A stretch of DNA of 63,612 nt, counting the filler, from Choristocarpus tenellus KU-1152 (lineage: Eukaryota; Protista; Phaeophyceae), in NCBI GenBank assembly GCA_964200185.2. It is 9 parts of 9 records of this genome, joined end to end, with 100 filler letters (N's around TTAATTAATTAA, not from the genome) between each part and the next. Parts side by side here need not be neighbours in the genome. Positions count along the whole stretch, not along the records: positions 6,587 to 25,151 come from CAXNAD020000540.1; 8 more parts are not named here. One strand, given 5' to 3'. The position numbers and the translations under genes were made by a program. The notes under the pieces are model-generated. The model did no database searches, was not told where the DNA came from, and saw only the letters and a program-made list of their open reading frames with translations. Shown here in pieces: positions 11,401-24,632 of the stretch. The stretch's first letter is position 1; each line of letters starts with the position of its first letter.

Positions 11401-14400
11401 CTGAGTAGATCATGTAGTACACTTGAGCAACTGAGCATAGCAATGTTGCCACCTCCACAGTGTAGTGCAGTAGCTATGTACTCCAAAGTCAGGTTGTCTG
11501 TACAACAGAGAATGCATGGCACAAGATCACTGAATCGAACTCCTTGAATAACATGCTTCTTGGAATACTCCTATCATCCCAACCCCCCCCCCCCCCGCTC
11601 CCCATTTTATTAGGTAGCCTCTAAATAGACCGTCTTTTTCTCCCCGGCGCCGTTTTAGTCACCTCAACTCGGCGTTTCGCCCTTTCCCTATCTCTTGCTG
11701 CCTGAAGGGCTTCTGAGGCACGCTTCCTCATCTCTCGGAACTCCTCCCTTGCCTCTTCCATAGCTTTTTGCTTTGACAGTGATCGAAGGTGCTCTGCTTT
11801 GGCATTCCGCCTTTTATAAATGGATTGAAATGGGTTGGGTTCAGAGTTTGGGAGCTTGGCAGGAAGGGTAGTGGAATGGTGAGAGGCAGGTCGGGATGTG
11901 CAGTCTTAATGGTCGAGGTAAGAAATGGTGGGGGATGAGGGGGAAAGAATGAAGGGGGTGGAGAGGTACCCATCTTCAAAGATGATAGCTCCTGAAACTG
12001 CCTTTGTTTCATTGATGCTTCCTCGGAAGCACTAGTCATACGATAAATCTTGACTGGGGTAACCAAGTTCTCTCAACTACAGTATAAAGGGCAGTGCACA
12101 TCCCCATTGCCATAAAGAGTCTACTGCAGTGTTTTTTTGTGAGAGCAAGAAGGTTAACGAAAAAAAATTGTTATTGGGCAATTTTTCTCACGAACCAGCT
12201 CCTCCCACTTGCTCCTGCTTCGGGTAGGTCTTCAAGACCCTCCCGTTGCCGGCACTCCTCCGCCCTCTGCCTTGCCTCTTCCACCTATTAATTTCATTAA
12301 GTTAACGTGAAGGCTAGGGTTAGAATAAGATTCGGAATCGTCAGGGGCAGAGGTGTTCTTGTACCATGAACAGAAATAATTGCACCAACAAAAGAATGAC
12401 CTATACGGGAAGCCAAATCGAGAGCAGACTGCAATAGAGACAGGGGGAGTGGAAAGGGGAGGGGAGGAACAGAAGTGATTGTTGGAATAATTGGAAGCGC
12501 GATACATTTGTGCTCTTGATCGTCGCTATGAAATGGACGTTTCTTGTAGGTCTTTTATTGAAAGCACACTTGTTGCTGGGATAAACACTTCTACATTCAA
12601 AATGTTTATTGGTAGCGGCGACAGGTAGTCTAGGTATATGCCGCTTGATGGAGCTCCTCATGGGGAAGTTTGTAGGGGATCAGGAGACTGTCCTGCAGTA
12701 ATACTCACAAGCATCTTTCCATGCACCCCTCTGTTCTCTCCAGTCCCACTCCTTCTTTGATGATTCATTCATTTCGCCCCTCAAATTCTACTGCCCAACA
12801 TCTTGAGCAGGATTTTGTCTTTGATGTTGCAAAATATGTTCAGGACATCATAGTCCATCTTCTCAGTTCCACCCCTCCAACCAAAACAGTAGATCTTGTA
12901 GTTCATACCTGCGCTTTTTCCAATACACCCACCCAATATATTGTAAAAAATACTCTGCCCTCCAAGTTTGGGTTACAGACCTTCTTCCTTCGTGCCTTCT
13001 GCCACTCCTCCTGCCTATCCAGCACGCTGCTTCCCAGCATTTTCCCCATCAGGCTGTGTGGTGTGCCTTCTCTTACCCCTCCAACCCCGCCTCCATAGAG
13101 TGAGCCCTTTCCGCTTTGTACTACAGGTGCTGACCCAGATCCCTTGCTCAAATTAACATTTGGTTCTTCCCAGTGCATTTGGGAGTTTGCCCAATTTGTA
13201 CTGGCGGATCCTTTTCCTTTTCCTTTTCCTCTCCCTTCTGCCGATCCACTCATGAGTGCCTCGCTCCCTCTGACACAATTAAAATCTAGTGTTGTGTTCA
13301 ATGCGGGGGCCTGTTGCTCTGCGCAATCCTCCTCGCCGGCATTGTTTTTGAATCTCTCGTGTTCCCCCCCTCCAGCCGAAATTAGTGTATTTCTTGAGGA
13401 AGGCGCCGCTGCTGGAGTAGTCGACTTTGCCAAACACATCCTTTCGAACAGTTCGTTGGCTTCAGGGTCCTAAACATTGAGGGGCAGGAGGGCAAGCGGA
13501 GAAGTGTTGGAGAACTGTAGAGGCTAACCATGGCCTACAGTATTTTTTTTACCTCATCAGGATTGATCTTGAGTACATCAATAATAAACTACATTCAATA
13601 TTTTCTCCACACTACATCGATATTTCTCAACATAGTTCTTCAGACCCAAATTATCTGGGGGGGGGAGGGGGGGGTCCTACACCGGGGTGTCTATTTGGGT
13701 CAAAACCAGGAAAAGCGCATTTACATTATCCATCCAATGTATGCAACCAAATCACCAAAAAATCGCGACTTGAAAAAATTGACCCAAAATGGACACCCGC
13801 CACCCCCCCCCAGATACTTTGAGCCTCAATGTTATTCGCAACTCACCAGTACACGCACAATCGTCCAAATCCCTATCCCCACAAGCAGTAGCTACTCCAA
13901 ACGCTTGATAGGAGGCATTCTTGGAGCCTTAGATATATTGCATAGTTGTATGTATCACGCTTTGCTAGAAAAATTATTTTTGATCTGCAATACAGCACGC
14001 TCAAGTGCACTGTCACTTCAAGAAGATAAATGAACTAAATAAATGCCGCACCATTCTAGCTATCATTGCCATCTGCACCTTCTCAAGGGCAGTCAGAAGC
14101 TCAGGAGGGATAACTTCTCCCAAACCTGTATGCTTCAAGCCACCTCTTCCCCTCAAACAACCTATGCCCTCACTTCCTCCACCTCTTGCACAACCATTTT
14201 CTTCCGCTTCACCCTCAACTGCACCCCCACTCCAAGTCCTGACCCCTTCATGGCCCCTTCCCAGGTCTTCAACGAAAGTGTTTTCACTCCTCTCTTCTTT
14301 CCTTAGCCCCTTTCCCGCCCAACTCTGAAGCCTGAGTGTTCTTGCTGCTGCTGCTGCATCATTGCTTTGTCCTGGATGGTGGGAAGACAAACAAGAAGTT

Positions 14401-17400
14401 GGTAGTGGACGTGCACGAAAAAGACACCTCTGTTCATCTTCCCGCCTCATTCGCTCCATGGCCTTCTGCCGCTCCTCTCTGCTAACTTGGTGGCGGATCA
14501 CACACTGCAGACGATCAGGGTCGAATGCCTTTGTCTTGGACTTGACATTCCCTGTCCCCCTTCCCGTGTCTCCGATCTGATCATCACCTGATTCCCTTGG
14601 CCTCAGCACAAGGGTGGCCACTCTTGGAATAAGGGGTATTGATCTCAACAAAGATGTAGATCCAGGAGGGGGGGAAGGAGCAGGAGGGGAAGTGAAGGAA
14701 TTGAAACGCTTCTCTATAGTACCACTAGGGACACCAGATTCTGCTCTCCCCTGTCTCCTCTGTCTCACTTCAGGTGGGGGGAGGGACAGAGGGGTTGAAA
14801 TTCCCTTTCCTCTTGTTCCTTCACCACTATATCCGCCTTTTTGAACTTTTCCGTTCTCTGGTGAGCTTTCCCATTTTATTAATTGAAGGGGTTCATCCAC
14901 CTCAGTCCTCTCTGGCAATGTGGATGGTTTGGCATTTCCCTCAGCAGTGCAGCTAGACCGATCTGACTTCTCATCATTGTCACTGGCATGGGGGGAAGTT
15001 ATCCCATGCTGCCTGTCATAGCTGCGCAATGGGCAGGCCAGAGGAGGGTCGGGAAGGAGGTGATAGGTGACTATAAAGAATCCGATTTCTTTGTACTGTA
15101 TTTGATATTGTCCACCTTGTGCTCTTGGGCGTTGAAAAAAGGATACTGGGTTACTCAAGCCAAGGGAAGAGGTGAAGGTTGGGGTTTGGTAAGCAACTCT
15201 AGGCAGTGGCTGTTTCAGACACAAAAACATGGCACTGATAACAATATTTTCATATTTTCGGCAGTGATGGTTTTATCCGATCAGCTGGGTCATGTACCAA
15301 GAAAAGAGAAGGCAGGGCAGGATCAAACATTAGCGCAACATGTCTGAGTAAACGAGAGGTGCTCAGAGTCGCATCTTCATGATCCTGACAAGAATGTGCA
15401 AAATTAAGCACCTTTTACAAAAGTGTATAGGACTGAATTGTGTGGAAAGGTTTCAAACAATAGTGAAATAAACGCTCTCAAGTCAAAGTTAGAACTTCAT
15501 CAATAGAAATATGGGAGAGTTAAATAGATTTCAAAACAAACTTAATATGCAAAACGGTCAAAACCTGGGTACCTCTCTTTACTTTGGCTCAACACAATAC
15601 GTTGAACTATCAAGGAATGTCGGTAATTACCTGCAGGAATAATTTTCTCCGCGTTCTGTATTTTTTACTATTAGAGACAACCTCTATAACAACAACAGCT
15701 CTGAATACAATAGAGGGTCATGAGCTATGTATCAATTCATCTCATATCAAGAATTGTGCCGGATTGCAGCTGCCACCAATATTTCTCCATGTTTGGAAGA
15801 TTCCTCAGGGCACGTATTTCTTGTGCCTATCATCCTTTCATACATCATTACATACACGCTCTGAACAGTCATTGCACAAAAAAGCAGTCGTCTGCTCTCA
15901 TCAAAGAGGTGCATTCTAGCCTTCAAAGAGGCCAGAGCTACCATAGTAATAGGATCAAGCTAGCCGGTACAATTGTGAGACTTCTCCAATGATAACCCAG
16001 GAACTGTGAACCTTCATATATTCTCATCAAACTTCCTTCAAAAGCACAGGGTATCATCAGTAAACCATTTTGAACAACCAGCTAACCTTGTGTGGGAGCC
16101 AAAGATTGAGAACAGGAAACCATAAAGTCTGAGGCTATTCTCAAGCTGGTCAAGGGGACCAGAATGTGAGTAGGGAAAGGGATGATATGGAAGAAGTTGA
16201 CAAAAAGGGAAATTTAACAATCTCATGGTAGCGAAGTCTTTGGTGTGGTGGATAGGGTAAAAATATATGAAGACCTTCATACTTGTCCAGTCTGTCCTTG
16301 AGGCTGAGCTTCAGACCCAAGCATTGCTGGACGGCATCCTTTTGAGGTCCTCCCTCACTCTGGCTGCTTGCTCTGTTGGCCTTCGAATTCACACCTACCC
16401 CATCAAACTTTCTGCCAATTGATGCAGCCCCTGTTCTTGACCTGTCCCTGAACTTTTCTTCTGTCCATGTACCCTGCTGATTCCCACTAGAACCTGCAGT
16501 TTCGCATTTCAACCTACCCACATTTTTCCCGCCAACCCATTCATTTTCTTCTCTTGTAGTAGTCGTGTACTCAATGTTATTGTTGACCATGGAGTGTGGT
16601 TGTCGGTTACTGGATGAAGGCATGATGATCTCATCAAAGTATCTAAGGTAAGATAGGGAGCAAAACGTATGCACGTGAATACTATGGTGAGGAAGATGGA
16701 GAGAGTGTCTACTCTTAATTTACAGAATGTTGGTCCCCAAGTACATGTGTTCAATGTTAGGGTGCAGTTGATACCTCCTGTTACTGTCGTGAAAGCTTAT
16801 CATGGCGTTTAAAAGACAACCAGCAACTGTGGCATGTGCAGGTATTTTGCACAGAAGAAACGTGACAGAATAGGAATAACCCCAATACAATAATTCTAGT
16901 ATCATCCAAAAGTGGCAGTAAAGGTACTCATTCCAGTATCTGACCCAAAGCATTTAAGAGAGTAGGAGTTTTTCCGTTTGTCCGGTTGGGGCTTGGCTTA
17001 CCACGGGTACTTACACCCTTTTTCGGTTTTCTGTGTGAGCACAATTACTTATCCAAAACATTTCCGAATACAACTATGAAAGGAAGGTGTGTCCGGAGGA
17101 TGGATATTGACATTTGCTAACAAACACGATAGTCAAGATTAATCAAAACCGCAACATTGGATTTTGGACTCCAAACGGACAGGGCCCCACCCTCTTAAAT
17201 GCTTTGGCTCTCTAGTCACTCCAAGTATGCCAAGATGAACACACTACTACAGCATACAGTACTCTGGAATGGTTTGGAGTAGTTACACCTTCAAATCATC
17301 TCATACTGGTGAGGTCTCCACTGAGAAAGGTCTTTGCCCCTCCTTGTCTTCATCGTCTATATGTTGTAGAGATGAATTTTGCTGGAGTGGTTCCTGGCAT

Positions 17401-18343
17401 ACATTACTTTTCCGTGAAGGAACTGCCTCCTCAAAACCTCACTTTTTCTCACACACTACAGGAGAGTCGAACTTTTTATGACCCAAGGGAAACGGTTACC
17501 AAGAGGGTCAAAATACTATGGTAAACTCAAACTTGGGTAAGGGTGTGAAGGACGAGGCAAGTATACTTGTTCTCACTTGAGACCCGCCTCCACGGCTTCA
17601 ATCTCAGTCTTGGCTGATGCAATCTTCCCTTCCATTTCCCTTTCAGCCTTGATTAGGTTGACCACAGCCCTCTCATACGAAGGCCTTTTCTTCCAGGTCC
17701 ATCCCTTGCGAGAGTATTTCTCGAACCGGCTAACCTGATTAGAGTGTTGGGTCATTGATTGGCGGGTGTTGTTCCACATAGCACAGAGAGTCCTATATTA
17801 TATAGAGCTGTAGAAGATCTCACCAGCGTTGGAACCATAAAGTTCACTAGAATCTCCGTTTGTCTGGGAAACAGGATAGGATGTTTTCAACCTTGTTGAG
17901 AATTTAACATGATCATTTGGTTACCGACGACCCAAAACACTTCCAAAGGAGACATCCTGACACTTTCCCATGTAAAACTATAAGAATCCATTGCATTTGC
18001 TGGGTATAATTTTTGCTCAAATATGCTTGTCAGACTTGTACAAGTCGTAAGACTCGTCACCAATTCTCATATATACACAACGCAGTAAGACGCATTCCAA
18101 ACTCGCCTTCTTTGACAGTGGAGAAAGGTCACCATCACTACCGCTGCCTCTTCTGCCAGAAGTCTTATTTATGTATCCTGCAACATGCGCTTGTTCTTGC
18201 TTTTTCTGATTCTCCTTGTAAGCTTCTGTGTTTCCAGCAGTGTACATTGGTGCTGGTTGTGGCGACATTCCCACCAAGCGAGGCCCTCTTGAAATAGTAC
18301 CATGGGGTACCTCCCCGATAAAGTCTTTCTCGGGGGTACCCAT
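8412..18343 (-). CDS. Large multi-exon, low-complexity/coiled-coil protein of unknown function. Probable exons: 18343-18107, 17734-17577, 16642-16283, ~15020-14050, ~13470-12980, ~12690-12507, ~12284-12196, ~12060-11971, ~11810-11663, ~10928-9172 and 3' exon(s) to 8412
   Basis: Long purine-rich minus-strand ORFs (615 aa, 405 aa, 178 aa, 174 aa) bounded by splice signals; the first three exons are phase-compatible. Contains E/R/K-rich helices and an FRARPLP motif. Some internal and 3' boundaries are uncertain. Confidence 0.65.
13643..13825 (+). mobile_element. MITE family A, intronic
   Basis: TIRs gacccaaattatctggg / cccagatactttgagcc, TSD tca/tca. Confidence 0.85.
16942..17210 (+). mobile_element. 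MITE family B, intronic
   Basis: TIRs gacccaaagcatttaagag / ctcttaaatgctttggctc, TSD tct/tct. Confidence 0.85.
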
Positions 18344-18579
18344 ATTTCTCAGCGCTTATGGTATCGAAATTGGAGATATTCATAGATACATTTACGGAGA
18401 CTTACCAGGAACTTACGGACTCTCTTCTAACATTTACAGTTACAGAGATTTCAATGTGGCGTTTTTTTATCAGGTCAATCCCAGACTGCAACAGACCAGT
18501 TTTCACTCATTGAAAATAAGCAACGTATGGTTCCGTCGTGTTTTCTCGGAAGTGCACAATCAACCTTAGAAAGCACACT

Positions 18580-21500
18580 ATGTGTGCCAAACAGTTGACA
18601 TGGAACCATTACACGGAGATGGGTCTACCTGACTTTGCTTCGGCAGCGGAGGCGCGCAAGGCTTACCGAAGACTAGCGCTCGTGTGGCACCCAGACCGGC
18701 ACATGGACGTAGGCGAGATTAGACGGAAGGAGGCAGAAGATAGATTCAAGGTAAATTGTTCAGCTCAATACACACTTTTAATCTCGTTCGTAGTAGACAA
18801 CTAGATCTTTGAAACAGAATGCCTTGATGTTGATGGACAAAATGAGTTAACCCTAAACCTTTTCTATTGGACAGGCCATCAATGAAGCCTATGCCGTGTT
18901 GAAGGATGACGAGCGCCGAAAGGCGTTCAACTCACTGCTGCGAAACGACTTACTAGGGGTCTCTGCGGAAGATTCTCAAGGGAATTCCGCTGGTGAACGG
19001 GAGGGCTACAGCACCTCGCCTTCCAGTCACCCCTCGAAGACGCGAGGAGGAAATGCCGATAGGTGGAACGCATCAAGGGTTGGTGGCAGTGGAAGACGAG
19101 GGAAGGGAAACACAACTGGTGGGAAGTCAATGGAGATGAGGCAAGTTCCATGCCCGGATTGCGGAATTGGAGTAACTTTGCCGATGAGCAGACGTGGTGG
19201 AACAGAAATAAACTGCGAGAGCTGCGCTGGGAGGTTCCACGAGGCAAGAGAGAATTATTGAACAGGAAATTATCTAACCTCAGCAAGTCGGAAGAAAACC
19301 GAACGAAATTTAGAACAGGATCTTCTGCAGTTGGTGTAGCTGATGGGTGTGAGGAGATAGGTGGAATTTTGCAAGCAGGTTTCTAGATGATACAGTCAAT
19401 GAGTTGCTATCCTCCAGGCACTCCGTTGGTCAGTCGGGTATTTCAGGTCACAAGTCTATCAGCACTTTCATTGTGTCCGCAGAATTAACCTAAAAAGCAA
19501 CCAAAGATTCTGTGATCAAGTCTATCTGCTTGGCTTGTTGGTAATAGAAATGTTTACGAGAAAACAAGTAAACCAATTTAATGGTTTCGAGGTTTGGTCA
19601 ATGCTAAGTAGATACAATGTTAAAACGATTTGCCAATGAACCAACAACCTCATGTTTTTCTCCAGCTCAGGTGTATTGTGCTGGGTGCAAAGACTGGGGG
19701 ACTTCACGTGGACGACGGGGTGAGGCCACCATGAGGTATGTGAAGGATTGCTTGAGCTGACTTCGCTTTCTGCATGACAATGGTCAGGTGGACCTTGTGG
19801 CTGAATTAATTTTTTCCGAGGTGTATTATTCTACACTATCTGAAATACTTTAGAGCATCATATACATGATATACTCTCTGATCTTGTAATCTTCAAGGTA
19901 CATGGAGAATTCTTACAGAGGAAGATAGTTGTGGAAGAACAATGCTTGCGTCAGCAATGGCATTACTGAGACCCAGAGCCCACACACAATGGGGAGAGGC
20001 ATGAAACTAGCCGCCATCAATAATTAGCAGTACGGGGTTGAGAGAGTAGGGAAATTGCATAGCAAATATGTACTAAAGTGCTATTAATACCTACCTACTA
20101 CCCCCTTCAATCATGGCATGACCCTCATCTTCAAGGCTTGCCGCTGTAGTGGGTCAGAGATAAGTAGATACCATAAGTGAAGTTGGGGATGGGGAAGCAT
20201 GTGGGCAACATTAAAGTGCATGTGACAATGTCAGAATATGAGTTGTGCAACGCTAGCCCAACAGAAGTCCACTCAAAAGGCTTGGTTTTTCCCAATGTAA
20301 TTCACATGGTGTTTCCATGGTTATTTGCTAGAGTCAACTGGAGTTGAAGGAGGTTTTCCAAGCTTACCAACTTACATCATAGATGACCACTGAGGACTAC
20401 TTCAACTATTTACGATAATCAAACGTTCTCACTGACATGAGCACATTAGACACACAAGTCGAGGCATCAATTGAAGTAAAAAGAGTATGGATGAGTGAGT
20501 GGATCATGATATGTTCCACCTGCCTCAAAACTCCTTAAACATTGGACACACTTGTTCAAGTGAGTCATCTATCATTATCACTACAAAAGAGTGGGTTGAC
20601 CTTGTCAAGAAGCAAAATGGAGGCAGTTTATAACTGTGGAGGTTTCTGCATCGACTTTTGCAAAGGGAAAGGGTTGCACATTTATTTGTGCTGAAGGAAC
20701 ACCAAAATGGCACAGGCATGGTGCCAGTGCTCTCACTTCTGGATTGGCCCAGAGCAAGAGGGTCAAAGCATTTAAGAGGGTAAGGTCACATCCATTTGGG
20801 GTCCAAAATCCAATGTTGCGATTTCGATCAATCTTGGCTATTGTGTTTGTTTGCAAGTATCAATACCCTTGCTCTGAACACACCTTTCATAGTCATATAC
20901 ATTTTACCTACTCCAAAATGTTTCAACAACCGAAAAAGGGCATTAAAAACCCGTGAGAAGTCAAGCCCCAAAGCTCCTACCCCCATAAATGCTTTGTGTC
21001 AGAGCAACATTAAATATTGAGTGTGCATTGAAGGTTGCAGGGCAAATGAATCCTATTATTGACTCAACCCGCACATCTTTATCATTCTTATTGAAAAAAA
21101 GTAGTCACCTTCATCTTTCATATTTACCATTCATATCATTGTAGTTTGTGTGCTGTTATTCTATGGGTAATATTCTTACCATTGTTTGTGTATTTTACTT
21201 TGGATATTTACTCTGGAGAATATATTATCTTGGTACACCATGTGATGTTCTAGCTAGAAGCTACACCCTGTAGCAATACTGTTTACTGAGCTTATTATTT
21301 AGATGAGTAAGTCTTGTGATTGTTTTCATGGTTAAACTACGATTGTCATGGTTGGTTAGGTTCACCGAAGAGTTCGTTCACTTACATTGTGAGGGCTAAG
21401 TTAGCACAAACGCTTCCATCACCCCAGGTTCTGATTTATGTCCGAATACCTATGGGATGAGTTTATTTGGCTAGGCAACCTCCCCTCTCATGAGGCAGGG

Positions 21501-22663
21501 ACAAACAAATGAACCAAGAAGAAAGATGTTGTTGAAGAGCGATGAAAAAGAATAGTAGCAACAATAAATGCAATAAATAATAAGAAGAAAGGGGGGGCAA
21601 AGGGTATGGTAGTCCAACTGCAATCTATTGGTTCAATCCAAAAGTATGACCATCCCATTGGTGTAGATTGTTTTCCGTCTACGCTGGAGTTCATATTGAG
21701 TGAAAGTATCTTAGAGGGTACGATTTTTTCCCTGTTTGCCCATTTGGGGCTTGCCTTTCCACTGGTTTATAATGGCATTTTATCTGCTCCAAAATGTTTT
21801 GGAGTAGGTAAAATGTATATGGTATGAAAAGGTGTGTCCAGAAACAAGAATATTGACATCCCCTAGCAAACAAGACATCCAAAATGAATCAAAATTGCAA
21901 CGTTGGATTTTGGCCCCCAAATGGACGCTACCCTACCCTCTAAGATACTTTGACTCATTCAAAAATTGTCCAAACACCTGATGTGTCGGGGCAACTCATT
22001 GTGTTAGCTGCACTCTCTTGTGTTCAACTCCAAATGAGAAAAAAAAAACATGTTGGACAAAGAAGTGTTGGCACTTTTCTAATATTGCTGTGCTTACAGT
22101 GCAAGGGCTTGGTAAACGCCTTCATGTCATGGGGGCATAGTGTGTTCACAGTGGGATCCCTGTGATCAACAATTTTCCATCACCGGCCAGGGGAGCAGGC
22201 CTGTAACAGATTGTGGACAGTGTAGGGGATAGGGGTGTGAGGAGTGATCGGAAGCAGTTGAAAGAGGAGGAGGTGTATCTGGCAGTGAAGAGTAAGACAC
22301 TCGATGATAGTCAATGTGGACTGATCTAAAGAGACCAACACATGGAATGGTGAACTGAAAGAGAGTGGAAATGTCTTTCACGGGAGAAAAAGACAACCTG
22401 CGTTACAGGGTATCTAGCTTGCTCACATTGGATAGAACACAAGTCTCCTACCATCTTTCATGTGCAGGCATATTGTGTAAACAAGTTCTTACTTGGAGAA
22501 ATTAAGAACTACTGTGATGAGCTGAACATATACTACAATTACAATGTGTTGACATTGCAACAGAAGTGCACTAGTGTCCTTTCTCCAACATAGCAATTTA
22601 TGTATGGCTTATGGTACAAGGTTGATGTGTAAAAAGCACACTCACACTAAAATTTCCGTTGTA

Positions 22664-22704
<41 letters not shown>

Positions 22705-23465
22705 ATTCACCACAGTACCTCATGGGTTCCACAAAGGAAACTCTGCTCAGTAAACTGTGCAATACGCATGTAAACACATGTGAACACACAGATGCGGGTG
22801 TGGACATCAATTTTGCCAGAGCTGCTGCCCTCATTGTGCTCGATGGAATACCTGGGGTGGGGAGGGGCAGGGCCTGGGGGCGGAAACAAGGCCTTGCGGT
22901 TGGTGTGCAGAACTCTTTCATGAGGCGTTTTGCCCAGCGTGTTGCAAGTGAGTTGCACAGGTGACATATATCGAAAATATCGAAAAAGTAGCAGCAAGGG
23001 AGAGGCGTGAGGGATGCTTTGATGTTGTTGTTGCCGATACTTCTCTAGAGATAGGTCAACAGGATGCAAGGGAACCAAAAACCCTAAACCTAAGAGCGGT
23101 TGCTAATTGTTCCTAAACTCCTGCTCATTACAACACCTTTTCCCCTGCCACCCACCCCCCCTACACTATATCACCACCAATCCAAAGCAGGTCAAAGGGA
23201 CGATGCCATCCCCAACAATCCATAATCACTTAAAATTAACCTCCCATCATATAGCCTAGTCTTCCGATGTCCTAAAATGATCACCAACACAATGATCACC
23301 AACACTTGCTTTCCCTGACACATTTCTTACTTAAAAAAATAAACTATGTGTTGAGAAAAAAAGTTGGGTGTTCTGGAAGGGTAGCAAAGGCTGTGTGACA
23401 GTGTCCTGCTCCTGCAACCAGGAGTTCTATGAGATCATCTGCAACTCTTGCGGAGTTTGGGGAAG
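18580..23465 (+). CDS. J-domain (DnaJ type III) protein with tandem Cys zinc-ribbon repeats; exons 18580-18750, 18875-19243, 19671-19735, 22792-22947, 23364-23465; 3' end not found
   Basis: NHY..MGL...RKAYRRLALVWHPDR...AEDRFK/AINEAYAVLKD..RRK.F is a canonical J-domain. Downstream exons join in phase using a GC donor at 19244 and give repeated C..C...F(H/Y)E..C..C units. Confidence 0.8.
20760..21000 (-). mobile_element. MITE family B, intronic
   Basis: Reverse-orientation copy, TSD aga/aga. Confidence 0.85.
21698..21956 (+). mobile_element. MITE family B, intronic
   Basis: TIRs gagtgaaagtatcttagagggta / taccctctaagatactttgactc, TSD att/att. Confidence 0.88.
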
Positions 23466-24029
23466 GTCAGTTCCCTAGGGGTATGTACATATTCACGTAC
23501 TCTGGAGTATACATATTGCTTTTTGATTGACATCCATTCATACCCTGATCTAAACAGACCTAAACTGTGGTCAGAAAGAAAACACAAGAAGAGACAGACA
23601 CAGAGAGAGAGGCAGTGAGGACAAATGTGCCCCACGTAGGGGTGGAGATATAGAACAAAGTCCACGGTAGATGCAAAGGTTGGGTAAGGGTTTGGTCTCA
23701 GTCTGAACAACATAATTCAAAGGTTAGGGCTAGGGTTTGCAATTTTTGGTGCAGTAAAAGAGAGGAGAACCCACCCCCACTAGCCCTGCAGTTTCTTCTC
23801 CTCTTTTGTTGGCAACTTAAAAAAAAAAATGCTAGCATGTGATGACAATAAGGAGGGAGTGGAGGATACTGCCTAAGGACAGGAGAGCATGTTGTGAGAT
23901 TGAGCCTTTATCTGTCTGATTCTTCAAACTTCTGGCATGCAGTACATGTTGGCATTGTTTGACATTAGTTCAATACCCTCCAAACAATATCTTGTTCTCC
24001 TTCCACAACGCCATGTCTTATCCTGAGAC

Positions 24030-24310
24030 ACTACTACTAGTGATAATAAAGATGATGATATTATCTATATTGACAATAATATTGGTGGTAGCAGTAGCAA
24101 AGATATCAGTAATGATGATAGTAATATTGGCATCAACGGTGGTAAATAAAAATACTGTATTGATACTAATGATGAAAACAATACTGACAATAGTAACAAT
24201 GATAATATGATAATGTGATAATATGATAATGTGATAATATGATAATATGATAATATGATAATATGATAATATGATAATATTAATAGTAATGACAATCATG
24301 ATAATAACAA
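24030..24310. repeat. AT-rich low-complexity region with (ATGATAAT)n
   Basis: Direct inspection; similar low-complexity sequence at 28420-28830. Confidence 0.85.
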
Positions 24311-24632
24311 TTTTGGTAGAGTGGGGGAAGAGTACACAATATATGACAGGTATGACCATTGACCAACCAAATATAATCACAGAGCCAAATCATGACCCCT
24401 CTACGATAACTTACTTCAGTTTTGTGAGTTCATTGTGTGGATGCACCCCTTTTCGGTCCATAATTTTGTACTTCAAACGATGTAGTATCAGTCAAGATGT
24501 GTTTTTCATCTCTGACGGACAATGACATAACTCTCTAGGGTTATAGGGTCAAGGCTAGGTCTATTGTTAGGGTTCTCCTTGCCTATTTTTCATATGCTTA
24601 TGAAGTGCGAATTCTTGGAACAATCCACAAGT

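Noticed and set aside
9281-15347. Many plus-strand ORFs of 60-170 aa
   Set aside because: Antisense shadows of the minus-strand gene's exons, or MITE sequence.
17285-17460. Exon-like acidic stretch on the minus strand (EEAVPSRK...DDEDKEG)
   Set aside because: Bounded by stops with no convincing acceptor; flanking exons already join in phase without it.
19900-20600. Possible copia relic in the DnaJ intron (LKRLGFSQC...)
   Set aside because: A single short motif; insufficient support by eye.
22722-22964. ORF-track frame DAGVDINFARAAALIVLDGIPGVG
   Set aside because: Wrong frame; the Cys-rich frame is phase-compatible with the J-domain gene.
23959-24525. Hydrophobic Ile/Met-rich ORFs resembling membrane proteins (also 28459-28656)
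   Set aside because: Translations of ATA/ATG/ATT low-complexity repeats.
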